Under the pieces are notes generated by a model that made no database searches, was not told the origin of the DNA, and saw only the letters and a program-made list of their open reading frames with translations. A DNA stretch of 63,649 bases, filler included, from Ministeria vibrans ATCC 50519 (lineage: Eukaryota; Protista; Filasterea), in assembly GCA_943704425.1 (NCBI GenBank). It is 8 parts of 8 records of this genome, joined end to end, with 100 filler letters (N's around TTAATTAATTAA, not from the genome) between each part and the next. Parts side by side here need not be neighbours in the genome. Positions count along the whole stretch, not along the records: positions 23,983 to 55,092 come from CALSCP010001962.1; positions 55,193 to 57,251 come from CALSCP010001470.1; positions 57,352 to 59,021 come from CALSCP010002669.1; positions 59,122 to 60,809 come from CALSCP010000780.1; positions 60,910 to 63,649 come from CALSCP010000520.1; 3 more parts are not named here. One strand, given 5' to 3'. The position numbers were made by a program, and so were the translations under genes. This document shows, one piece after another, positions 39,630 to 61,152 of the stretch. Numbering within the stretch: the stretch's first letter is position 1; each line of letters opens with the position of its first letter.

Positions 39630-42600
39630 TTAAAAAGTCTGAAAACTCAAATTCAACGCATTTTCCTTTGTCTCGTCACTCTCATTCACCGCCAGCGCAA
39701 ACCCCAACTGAGTGTCTCCTCCACTCGTCCGTTCAGCACGCGCCATTTCACTTGTCCGCCGTTTCAGTCGCGCAATCTCCATCAAAAGTGTACTGTTCTC
39801 TCGTTTTAACCTTAAAAACAACGTAAAAATATCATTATTAGTATTATTATTAGATTTATTATTAGTATTACTAATGCGCTTTCTCTTACTTCTCTTCCGT
39901 TCGCACTCGCTCGCGCGCACTTGTCTGTCCTCCCAACTTCTCATTCAGTGCCTCCACTCGTTCATTTGCACTCCTCAGTGCTTTTATGTCCATTTCCATT
40001 CGTTCAATTTGCGCTTTATACCTAAAAACAATAATATTATTATTGATTGCGATGATTTTGAGCACTGCACAAAGGAATGTTTTTCTCCTACTGAGCATTT
40101 TCTTCCTCAATTGCGCTTGTCACCACTTTTGTCTTCTCCAATTCTTCCAATGACAGCGCGGCGTCTTCTTCAGACTGTTCGCACTGCGCTCGTTTCATCT
40201 CAAACTGCTCTGACATCAAAACCAATCGAGATTCAATTTTGCGCTTCTCAGTCTAAGACAAACACAACGGTCAATTTTTTCTCAACTTTTGGTATTTTTT
40301 TTACCATATTTGACTGACAAAGAGCATCGAGTTCTCTGTGACGGTCCTTGAGAGCGGCAAGTTCGGTTCGCAGTGCGTCCAATTGAGCTTCATAGTCCTT
40401 GCGAGATGCTTCAAGTCGCTTCTCAAGGGACTCTCGCTGCATCTGCGCAATGACTCGATCCTCATTGGATGTTCCGCCACTGTTCCGCACTTTGCGCTTT
40501 AACGACTCAATCTCGGCATCCTTTTCACGCACTGTCTTCTCCCAGTCGCTGACCATGTTCGAGAGGAACTCAATCTGACTCGTCAGTGACTCAATTTGCG
40601 TGCGCTGTTGCTCCACCAGTGCGCCGCGCACTTCCGCCTGCTCCATCACCGTCTGTACCGTCCGCTTGCGCTCTCCTTCCTCTCCACTCTCTCGCACCAG
40701 TTTCCGCTCCAGATTCCCCACCTTCTCCTCCACCGCCTCCGCTCTGCGTCGCCACTCTTCCATCCCTTTCAGACGTCCCTGCGTCTCCACCAATTCCTTC
40801 TCCACCGCAATCACCTTTTTCTCCATCTCCTTCATCTCCTCTTCATGTTCACTTTCCCGTCGTCCCATCATCTCCCGCACCAACTTCACCTCCTCTTCGC
40901 GATCTCTCACACTATTGTACGCCGCTCGTCGCTCCGCCTCAATCGCACTCAGCTCCTCGCTCGCCGCATCAAGCGCACAGGCACTCTCTGCCATCGACAC
41001 TCGCTCACTCTGCAAATCCTCTTCCAGTCGCGCCACCACTCCCTTGAGCTCCTGCACTTCGTCGGCACAGCAACTCAGCACGTCCAATCGCTCTCGCTGC
41101 GCCTCACACGTTACTCGCAGTCCCTTTTCGGCCGCACTCACACGCGCAATCTCGCTCGTGAGTCGCTCGCAGTCCTTGCGCAGCACGCTCACTGCCTCCC
41201 GCGACTCACACAGCTCTTCGGTAGCCCCACGCGAGCGCACTTCTAACTCTTCCTTAAGCTTGTCACACTCGACAAGTGTCTCTTTGTGTCCTCGCTCCTT
41301 TTCCTCCAGTGCGCTTCGCAGAACCTTTTCCTGCTCCTCCTTGAATGCACACTCCTTCACGACAATCTCATGCTCTGCCTCCAGCTCTGCATGCTCCTCC
41401 TTGAGACGACGCAGGTCACCCTGAAGCACTGCCAACTCACTGCCAACACAGACGTTTTCCTCTTCAAGTCGCAAGTACTCCACACGCGCCCGCTCAGCAC
41501 TTTCATGGCTGGCACGCACAGCTGCACTCGCCACCACGTCTGCCTCGGCCGCACGCTGCTGCACGCGCTCCAGCTCCTCTGCCATCTTCTTGTGCTCTGC
41601 CACCGTGTCCTTGAGTTCAGTGCGCAGTCCTTCTAGCTGCTCTTCCATCTCCGTTTCGCGTTGCTCCAGCATCTCCTCAAGCTTTGCCGCGCGCAGTTCG
41701 CTCTCGTCGAGTCGTTGCAATTTTGTGCGCACCTCAACCTCTTCGCTGAGTGCGGCCGAGGCCGCACTGCTCAGACGCAATTGAGTCGTCTGCAGCGCCA
41801 GCTCAATCTCCTTGGCCTTGCGCTGCGACGCGGCACTCTCGGTCTCGAGACGCACAATAGTGCGCTGCAGAGCCAACTCGCTCTCGCGCGTCTGTACCTG
41901 CACCGCTGCGTACGAGTCCTGCAAGTCGCGCAGCTGTGTCTCAAGCTCCTCAATACGTTCACGGTCGCGCAGACGACGCGATGGCGTCTCGGGCTGGTGC
42001 TGGAGCAAATGACGGGTCGGGGTGGTGCCGCAGGCGGGCGACATGAGGTGGTGGTGGGAGCGCGCTGTGGGCGTCTTGACGGGCGTCGAGGGCGACACAA
42101 GCAGCCCAGCGGGTGCTGTGGCCGACGCAAAAGCACCCATGGTGGTGGTGGGCGATGGTTCGCCGAGTGTCGCGGAGAGAAGCGCTGACTCGAGTTCGAC
42201 AAGGCGATTGCCAAGACGACGCGAGTTGTCCCGCTCGTTCACGAGCGCAGGCGCATCTCGCACATCGTAGCCTGTCGCGTGAACCATCTTGCCGTCCTCT
42301 TCAACCGCCTCAACACCACTGTACATACGCTTGACGCGGTCCAGCTCGTTCTGCAGTCGCAGATTGTCCGCTGCAAACCGTGTCACCTCCGGATGGTGCT
42401 CAATCTGCTCGCGGAGCAGCTTGTTCTCCGCCTCGAGTGCACTCACGCGCGCATTGCCTTCTGCTCCCTTGGTTGCTGTTGCTGTTGCTTTCCCCTCGAG
42501 ACTGCGAATGGTCGCTTCACGGAACTTGATGATCATCTTGGCTTTGCTACACTGGTTTTCGCGTCGCGATGCCAACTCACGCATGAGCAGCAGCTCATGC

Positions 42601-44912
42601 TGAGCCGCCTCTCGGTCGTGCTCAGCCACATCGCGCGACTCAATGGCACCCCTCAGCAACTGCAGCAACTCCTCTTCATCACCAACACTGCCCGCGAGTG
42701 ACTCCGAGTGGCGTGGCGATCCACCACTCTCCATCAGTGCCAGTTGTGCCTTCAGCCGCCGCACTTCCTCCTGCAGTGTTGCCACATTTCCTTCTGCCTC
42801 TTCGTTGATCACTGCGCGATTGCGAATCAGTTTGGCGCGACTCGCAAACCCCAGCGTCGACAGTGACTCGCCAAAACAGCGCTCGCTGGGATTCACATTG
42901 GCAATAATGAACGTTTTGGCATTGCCACCGAGTGAGTCGCGCAAAAGGTACGTCAGACGTGAGTTCCGGTACGGAATGTGCGACACTGTGCCCTGTGACT
43001 GCTGCTCCAGCGCACGGATCACATTGCCCAGTGCCGACAGTGACTTGTTGATGTTGCCCGCTTCTTTCAGTCGCGCCCCGACCGAGTGTGTATCCTTTTG
43101 TCGCTCAGAACCTGAGTAAGTGAATAAAAGATAATTGAGAGACTGATCAAATCGATTTGAGAGACTGCTAAAATCACTTTAAAAGACTGTTCAAGTCACT
43201 TTGTGGGACTGACTGAGTCAATGTGTAAAATTGAAGAAGCAAGTGAGTGATTGAATAAGCAAGTGGGTGATTGAATAAGATTGAATAAGCAAGTGAGTGA
43301 TTGAATAAGCAAGTGAGTGATTGGAGGGAACGAAAGTGACAAATTTTAGTGTACCTGCAAGATCAACCAGATGCAATTGTGAAACACGCGTGTTGATCAC
43401 GGTCCCTTTGACTTCCTTGCTTTGAATCTACAAAAATTATACAATTGTACATTTTTGTAGAGCAACATTGTGAGTGGAAGTGCATATTGTATACACTATG
43501 GTGTCGTACGTGGAGAGTGAAGACGGCATGGCTGCGACTTGATTCTCTGTTCATGGCAGTGGATGCGACGCGGCGGTTGCGGTTGCCGGTTTCGAGGATG
43601 TCAAAGGCGTCTTGGGGCGAGCCTACGTCGCGTTCCGCCGCGCCAGACAGGAAAATGCCTTTCTTTTTATCTAACATAATAATATTATAATGGTTATTAT
43701 GATTATTTTTATTATTATTATTAACGTCCTGCTTGTGTTATCATCAAAATTAATGTGCTTTCTGCTATTGACGTACCTTCGTGAATTTGGATTGCGGTGC
43801 CTGTTGGGTCAAGGAGGTCGTAGACGTGTTCGTTGTAAATCTCGACAAAGGAGCACTGCATATGATCAATAAGTGAGTAGAAAATTGCAACGAAGAACAT
43901 TGTGATCATATTATTATTACAGTCAATACTTTTATAAATTATAATAATAATAATAATATTATTATTATTACTATTATAATCATTAACATTATTATTATTG
44001 TTATTATTATAATAATATTATTAGGCATAAAAATAAGTTGACAATTAAAAGAAATATTGATGCTGCTGTTGACTTGATGCTGCTGCTACTGTTGTGGTGG
44101 TTACCTTGCAGCTGAATGTGATGTCGCGCTTTTGCTGTTCGCGCGAAATGACAGAAAAGAGATACTCAAAAGAGCGAGGAATCACTCCGCGCATCTCGTG
44201 AGGTGCTGGAGTTGACTCGTCTTCGGAAGTTGGACCGAGCATGGTGAAGGTTTTGCCGCTTCCTGCAATCGAATGAGCGAGTTTATTCAAAGATCATTAT
44301 TCAATCTTTGAGTTCACGAGAGAAAAACGCCGTACCTGTTTGCCCATAGGCGAAGATGGTTCCGTTGTAACCCATAACACAGTTGTCGACTATCCCCTTG
44401 CCAGCGCACAGAAACACGTCAGCTTGGCGACTGCACGAACGAAATGATATTTATTATGATTTTTGAAATTTTGAATCCTATTCGATCGGAGTTTCTGGGT
44501 CGCCACGACGCTTTCAGTCGTACCTGTCCTCGTCAATGACCTTGTCAAACACAAAGGTGTTGGGATCGCGCGAATTGGTGTTCATCTGAGCGAGAACAGA
44601 GGAAATATCAAAACTTTCACATCGCAATCTGTCAGTCCGACAAACGGCAGTAACAACACAAAATTCGACTGAGAACAGGGAGATTTAGTAAATACAGTGG
44701 GTGTCCGCGTGGAAAGGGCGCGTGGGAGAGTGTAAACATGCTTAGAGATTCACTTGATGTGATTCGTTTTTGAATTGTTTTTGAAAAAATCGTACGGTGA
44801 TTTTATTGCCTTGGACTGTAAGACACCGCCCGTAGTTGACGGTGCTGAGTCCATTGTACTCCTGCATTGGCCGGATGCGGATCGCCACGCGAATGTTCGA
44901 GTCCTCACTCAT
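39630..44912 (-). CDS. KIF15: Kinesin-12 / KIF15-like motor protein (many exons; 3' end approximate)
   Basis: [16 protein letters not shown]|[24 protein letters not shown]|GSERQK and [20 protein letters not shown]. The stalk has the KIF15-type motif [13 protein letters not shown] and a long coiled coil. Confidence 0.85.
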
Positions 44913-45324
44913 AATCAGATTATGTGAGGACAAGACGTAAAAATAATGCTAATCAAATTATTATCAAATATCACAGTCCATTCTCCAAAAAATCTACAGA
45001 ATGATCAGTCAATCGCTTTCATAATAAGTAGTAGATTAATAGGTTCTCGACTTGCCTCTTGCCTCTTGTCATCTAACATCTTGTGACTTGTCATCTTGTC
45101 ACACTTGTCAGCTGTCACTTGTCATAATTATTCCTCACATTTCAGTCAGTTTTTTGTGACAATAATAATAATAATAATTATAATTATTATTAATAATATT
45201 ATTAGTATGATTGTTTTATTTACTTATATGTTTATCGAATCTCCATTTATTTCATCTTATTTTTATTTATTTACTAATGTAATAATCATAAAATTCATTC
45301 ATTTGTACAAAATGCTACTCAGAT

Positions 45325-52924
<7,600 letters not shown>

Positions 52925-53093
52925 GGGATGGGGGCTGAACGGAAGCTGAACGACGCGAGATGGGTGTCAACACGGATCAGTTGAGATGGTGGGGGCACAG
53001 TGACAAAATAAATGAGTATTTCACTATTAATATTGTGTGTTTAGGGGGATGATTGCTTTGCATTGAATGACGTCTTTCCAATGCTAAGAGTGA

Positions 53094-53126
<33 letters not shown>

Positions 53127-53865
53127 ATAAACCCTCAAAACGTGCGTGGAACCCATGAAAGATGGATAGAGAAGTGAACACAAGTAAACAATCAGCAACA
53201 TGAGGCGATGCGAGTGACTTGTGCAAAGTTGTTTACGATTTGTTTGTCTTTATTGCCATTGTATTGAAGTAGTAGACGTAATGAATAACAAACGAACAAC
53301 AAAATCAACACAATCACGGGATGCAACTTATTTACAAAATAATTCTACAAACCCATTGTGAATCATCTTTTTGGACGCCCTCATCGGCGACAAGAGCTCC
53401 GAGTAATTTTCGGCTACATCGGCAAGTGACGGCGTGTGTGAAGGCGATTTTGTTGTGAGACAGAGGAAAGACAGAGTATCCGCACCTCATCCGGACGGCC
53501 ATCTTTTGAAGAGCACTTGCACGTCTGTTGTGCTAGCTACATGGCCCCAGCACGCGGCAGCATGCAGCGAGTAACGGGTTGCTATCTGCTTCCGGGTTAA
53601 CACGACCATCGTCAAGTAGTGTATAGGGGGAATAAGGGCTCCACTGACGCAAAGGTGCGCAAAAGCTGAGAGAAAACGTTTGTGAGTGTGACTCATCCGC
53701 ACGTCACTGGGCAACACAGACACGATTTGAGTGTGATTGTGATGGGAGGCCGATTGACGCCCCTCGTTATCTTGTCATGATTGTTACGCTTATATGTATT
53801 GCGTTTCACACATATGATAATGATAAAAATAAGTTGTTTACACATTGGAATCAGGTTTCGGAGTT

Positions 53866-54934
53866 TCATTTCATGTTGGAATAGAAGTGCTTTGCGCGCA
53901 CTACACGATCCACCACAACATTGTGAAGAACATCAATGGGCGCCAAGGGGACACCAATGGCCGGTGGTTTGGCCAGAGGGTGTGCTGGAGCGTGCTGTTG
54001 TGCACTCAGGCCTGACAGACAGTAGCATGTGTGGTAGAAATCACGCGATTTGCCAGGTTTGTCGACCAATCCACCGCGTTTAGTGTCCTGGCAGCACACA
54101 AGAATGTACCGCTGAAGCGCACCCACATTACACAGCAAACAGTGCTGCTCGGCACTTGCACCGGCACTTGTAGTAACGCTCTCATGCAACACCGCAAACG
54201 CCCCGCCTTGCCAGAAGGAGTAACACCCATCTACCAGCTTGTTCGTGCGCCCCTGAAAGCCCCCTTCAAGTCGCATTTGTCGCATTGCAAGCCATTGCAC
54301 ACACGCATCCACTCGCAACACATCCCGTTCGCGCCCCAACAGTCGCAATGCCGCCACTCCACAGAAGGTATAGCCTCCGTGTGCCTCCACCCCCGGCTCA
54401 CCCCCAATCCCTCCCTCGTACGTCTGACACTGAGCAATCCATTCGGCTGTGCCCGCAAATAGTGCCTCGCTTGCAAGTCCACACAAGTGTGCCACACTCA
54501 CTGCACAGTAGGCCGCGCGCACGTCCACTTCTCCATCTAAAACGAACGAGTTGATTATAGTGTGCGCGAAGTTCTCGAGGCTTTACCGTCATGCATTTGA
54601 AAGGAGCCGTTAGGCTTTCGCATTCGTTGTAAGAACGATAAGAGTGTAGTGCGATTGATGACTGTCAGTGCTTCGTCTGATCCAAGCGTCACAAGAGCGT
54701 TGACTGCGGCATATGTGGTCGCCTGCACAGCAAGAGCATGAAAGACGTACTAAATCATTCGGACCGATTACCAGATGTGGGAGTTGCCCTGGACCGCCGC
54801 AGAAGCCACCAGTCGGTGCCTAGACAAGAAAGATGGTTGGAGAACAACAAAGCAAAAAAAGAGCCTACCTGGCAGTGCGCAAGAAAGCGGGCACACTGTG
54901 AGATGCCCTCGTCGCAAAAGTCGTCTTTCAAAAG
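53866..54934 (-). CDS. FNTB: Protein farnesyltransferase beta subunit (5' end missing)
   Basis: GGFCGGPGQLPHL|ATTYAAV, DGEVDVRAAYC, CQTYEGG, EAHGGYTFC, GGFQGRTNKLVDGCYSFWQ and DKPGKSRDFYHTCYCLSGLS. Confidence 0.95.
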
Positions 54935-54955
54935 CTGTGTGTGAGAGAGAGAGAA

Positions 54956-54988
<33 letters not shown>

Positions 54989-54989
54989 C

Positions 54990-55092
<103 letters not shown>

Positions 55093-55192
55093 NNNNNNNN
55101 NNNNNNNNNNNNNNNNNNNNNNNNNNNNNNNNNNNNTTAATTAATTAANNNNNNNNNNNNNNNNNNNNNNNNNNNNNNNNNNNNNNNNNNNN

Positions 55193-55298
<106 letters not shown>

Positions 55299-55311
55299 GC
55301 CTTTGTCGTAC

Positions 55312-57251
<1,940 letters not shown>

Positions 57252-57419
57252 NNNNNNNNNNNNNNNNNNNNNNNNNNNNNNNNNNNNNNNNNNNNTTAAT
57301 TAATTAANNNNNNNNNNNNNNNNNNNNNNNNNNNNNNNNNNNNNNNNNNNNCATCCGATCGGCGCTCCCCGAATCAGCGGCCGCCGCCTTTCAAGCCGTC
57401 TATTCGTCGGACGGCCTGA

Positions 57420-57613
57420 AGGCGGCCGTTGCATGGTGGCTGCTGCATGCCATTCTGCACATTGTCGTGCCGGGAAAGTGGGTCAAGGGATCGGAACTGG
57501 AGCGAGAGCGCACCGGACAACGACTCGACTACAAGATGAACGGTACACTTCCCTCTCTCTCTCTTTCTGTCTCTATCGCCATCATCACAGCTCTCATTAT
57601 TGCTGCATGTCTG

Positions 57614-57653
<40 letters not shown>

Positions 57654-58740
57654 TCCACGCAACGTAGGCCTGGCGTGCTTTGTCGTCTCCATCGCTCTCA
57701 TGGTTGGCTGGCACGCTATGGGAGTGCTCGATCTGAAGTGGATCGCACACAACTTTGTTGCCATCGCCACCGGCTCCATTATCTTCTCCACCATCCTCAG
57801 TGTCTACCTGTACATCACGTCGTTTGGCGCGGGCAAGCAGCTGGCAGCGCATGGCAACACTGGTAGCGTCCAAATCAACAAACAAGGGAGGAGAGAGACG
57901 ACCAACAGACTGATTCTGTTTGTAGGCAATCCCATTTACGATTTTTTCATTGGTCGTGAGCTGAACCCTCGCATTGGCTGGTACCACCAAGCATATTCTA
58001 CAGTGCTATTGAAGGCGCTCCTTTTTTATGCAGCTATTTTTTTTTCATTATTCAGGTTTGACCTGAAGATCTTCTGCGAACTGCGACCGGGCCTGATTGG
58101 ATGGGTTCTGGTGAATCTGGCAATGGCCCTTGAGCAGTACAGTCGCTTTGGATTTGTGTCCAACTCGATGATTCTCGTCAATGTCTTCCAGGGAATCTAT
58201 GTCATCGACTCACTCGTGTTTGAGGTAAGGAGGGAGAGGGAAAGTGAGAGAGAGAATTGAGGAAGAACGGAGTGATAGAAGAGAAAGGTGATGGACAGAG
58301 AGAGAAGGGAAAGGAGTGTGTGAGAGAAACAAAGTGATAGAAAGAAAGTGTTTGATAGAGAAAAACGTTAAAGTGATAGAAACTGATCATTCGCCCACTC
58401 ACAGTCTGCGATTTTGACGACAATGGATATTACGACAGACGGCTTCGGGTACATGCTGGCGTTTGGCGATCTGGGCTGGGTTCCCTTTGTCTACTCTCTT
58501 CAGGCGCGCTTCCTCGCGGCTCGTCCTCTCGTTCTTTCTACTCCCATGCTCATTCTCATTATTGCTTGTGAGCTGCTGGGTACATCAAAACATTGACTTT
58601 TGAAATTGAAATAAGAGGAGCCTTATTTCCAGTGTCTCGCGTATTTATTTGTTGTTTCATATAGGAATGTTTATTTTCCGCAGCAGCAATTCGCAAAAGG
58701 ATCGATTCCGCAGTCAGCCCGACCACCCGTCCATCAAAGG
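57420..58740 (+). CDS. ERG24: Delta14-sterol reductase (ERG24/TM7SF2/LBR family), partial
   Basis: GNPIYDFFIGRELNPRIG, FDLKIFCELRPGLIGW, TTMDITTDGFGYMLAFGDLGWVPFVYSLQARFL and FRSSNSQKDRFR. Confidence 0.92.
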
Positions 58741-58970
58741 CACTCAACGAAACAGTGTGTATGTGCCTTAACCATCCTCACCCTCTCTCTCTGTTCTTTT
58801 CTCTCTCTCTATCACTCTCTCTATCACTCTCTCTATCACTCTCTCTATCACTCTCTCTATTATTTTCTCTCTCTATCACTTTGTCTCTCTCTCTATCACT
58901 CTTTCTATCACTCTCTCTATCACTCTTTCTATCACTCTTTCTATCACTCTTTCTATCACTCTCTCTATCA

Positions 58971-59021
<51 letters not shown>

Positions 59022-59409
59022 NNNNNNNNNNNNNNNNNNNNNNNNNNNNNNNNNNNNNNNNNNNNTTAATTAATTAANNNNNNNNNNNNNNNNNNNNNNN
59101 NNNNNNNNNNNNNNNNNNNNNATGAAAATTATGCGGATGGTCCGCGGTGTCACGACAACTACACGCCGTTGCATGACAAATTCAAAACTGAATGCTCCTT
59201 ATTGTCATTGAAATTCATCTTTTTGACCTTCATTCTCTCTCTCTCTCTCTCACCCACACACACACTCTCTCTTTCTCTCGACACACACACACACCTTTCA
59301 CTCCTCTCTCTCTCTACTCTCTCTTACTTTTACTGTTTCAAAACCAAGCAAATTCGTTTGAAACAGAACACATATCAGAAGAACCGGAAATCAATATCAT
59401 TGTGGCTGT

Positions 59410-60063
59410 TTAGTCCAGAAGACGTCGACGAAGTGCGGCCACCTTCGCCTCAAGTTCAGAAACCATCGCACGCATGAGAACGTTTTCTTGCTCGAGTCGC
59501 TCGCAACGAGCGGTTGTCTCGGCCATTTGTTGACGCTTGCGCTCACGGCACTTGCGCACTGCTTCGTTGTTCTTGGCACGACGGGCCTTGTACTGGACAA
59601 CGCCAGTGGTAGAGCTGGTCGCAGCGCCCTTGACGCGTTTGGGCGAGCCATTGCGACGCTTTGGTGTGGAGGTGGAGGAAGTTGCCTCGTCATTATCATC
59701 ATCATTGTCGAGGTCATCATCGCTAGTCCCCAGCGAGGTGGCGGGAGCAACAGTGACGTGCTCCAAAAGATAGTTGTCAACCGAGCCACCCTCGGTCATC
59801 CAACTGGGTCCAAGGCTCACCGTGTCGGTGGGGGGTGCAGGACGCGCATCCTCAAAAACAGCGGCGGTGCACTTGGCGGCAGGCATGGTGTAGAGGGACT
59901 TGTCGTCGAAAAACTCATTCAAAAAGTCTTCGGTCACCTCGGGCACAATGCACGACGTAGGTGCCGGCGTAGTGGTGAGCGAGGTGAACAGGTCGTCGGG
60001 CACTTGAAGATCAAAGTTGAGCGGCGATCCGACCGAAATCTTCTTGCTGATCTGAGACACCAT
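59410..60063 (-). CDS. C/EBP-like bZIP transcription factor
   Basis: YKARRAKNNEAVRKCRERKR followed by a leucine zipper (LEQENVLMRAMVSELEAKVAALR). First ATG is at 60063; the frame stays open to 60204. Confidence 0.8.
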   Translation of the reverse strand: MVSQISKKISVGSPLNFDLQVPDDLFTSLTTTPAPTSCIVPEVTEDFLNEFFDDKSLYTMPAAKCTAAVFEDARPAPPTDTVSLGPSWMTEGGSVDNYLLEHVTVAPATSLGTSDDDLDNDDDNDEATSSTSTPKRRNGSPKRVKGAATSSTTGVVQYKARRAKNNEAVRKCRERKRQQMAETTARCERLEQENVLMRAMVSELEAKVAALRRRLLD

Positions 60064-60909
60064 GGTTGTTGTTGTTGTAGTAGTAGTACTGGTGGTGGTA
60101 GAAGTCGAGCCGAGTGGGAGTGAAATATTGGACGGCTGAAACGACGACGTGCTGTTTGATTGGCTGCTGGTCGTGGCGGGGGGAGGAGACCGCTGCAACA
60201 CCGTTTACCGCTAGGCTGCAGTCAATCAGAAGAAAATAGAGTCCGGTGTTTTCCTGGAGAGGGCAGGCAGAGAAAGGGAAACACCGGTTAGGTTTGAAAC
60301 CCTCTTATAGAAAAAAAATTTTTTTTTGCTGTCGGTTGAGTTATTGCGTAATCGCTTGAAAAAAGAACAGCCGTCGCACAAAAGGACGTGAAAATACGGC
60401 GAAAGCTTAGCAATGATACGCCTCAGACAGGTGCTGCACACACTTTGATGGTGATTCATACGGCGATTGTGTGATTTAGACGTTTTTCGTTCCTTTTTTT
60501 TTTTTTTTTTTTTTTTAAGGGTCGAGCAATCTTTAGATATAAAAATGCGGCGGGAGACCACTGGGATGCGCACACTTACCGTAGAAACAGCGGCTGGAAG
60601 GGTTGGCAGAGGGGTATGAGCGCTGGCTCGAAAGGTTGCTTTTTTTTTTTCAAGGACACAGAAAAAGAGAAGAGAGAGCAATCCACGCGACGGATAAGAG
60701 GGTGGAAAGCGTCAAAGGCACAGGTAGAGGGGGTAGGTGTAGTTGGATCGGCGCAGCAGTGGTGTTCTGGATGCGTCGAGACGGGTGCTCTTTTTTTTTT
60801 TTTTTTTTTNNNNNNNNNNNNNNNNNNNNNNNNNNNNNNNNNNNNNNNNNNNNTTAATTAATTAANNNNNNNNNNNNNNNNNNNNNNNNNNNNNNNNNNN
60901 NNNNNNNNN

Positions 60910-61071
60910 AAGACAGCGAACTGTGCCATTCTCAAGAAGAGTAAACACGGAACTCAAATCGGGTGATAGCGTTGCTCGCTCGCGTTCACTCGTTGGCACA
61001 TGACGCAGCAGCATGTTTTTCGCGTACTCGCATGCGGCATCGGTCGCGATGGAGGGCCATGAATCGCTCAT
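60910..61071 (-). CDS. N-terminus of an unidentified gene (cut by contig end)
   Basis: MSDSWPSIATDAACEYAKNMLLRHVP...LENGTVRCL; a GC-rich ORF starting after an AT-rich spacer. Confidence 0.4.
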
Positions 61072-61152
61072 GGAGTGAATAAAAAATGAATAAGGAATTA
61101 AGGATAAAATATGATAAATGAATTTTTTACGATTTATTTTGTTGATATATTC

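Noticed and set aside
53250-53860. Small ORF or ncRNA between the GPCR and FNTB
   Set aside because: No recognisable motif or structure that I can support.
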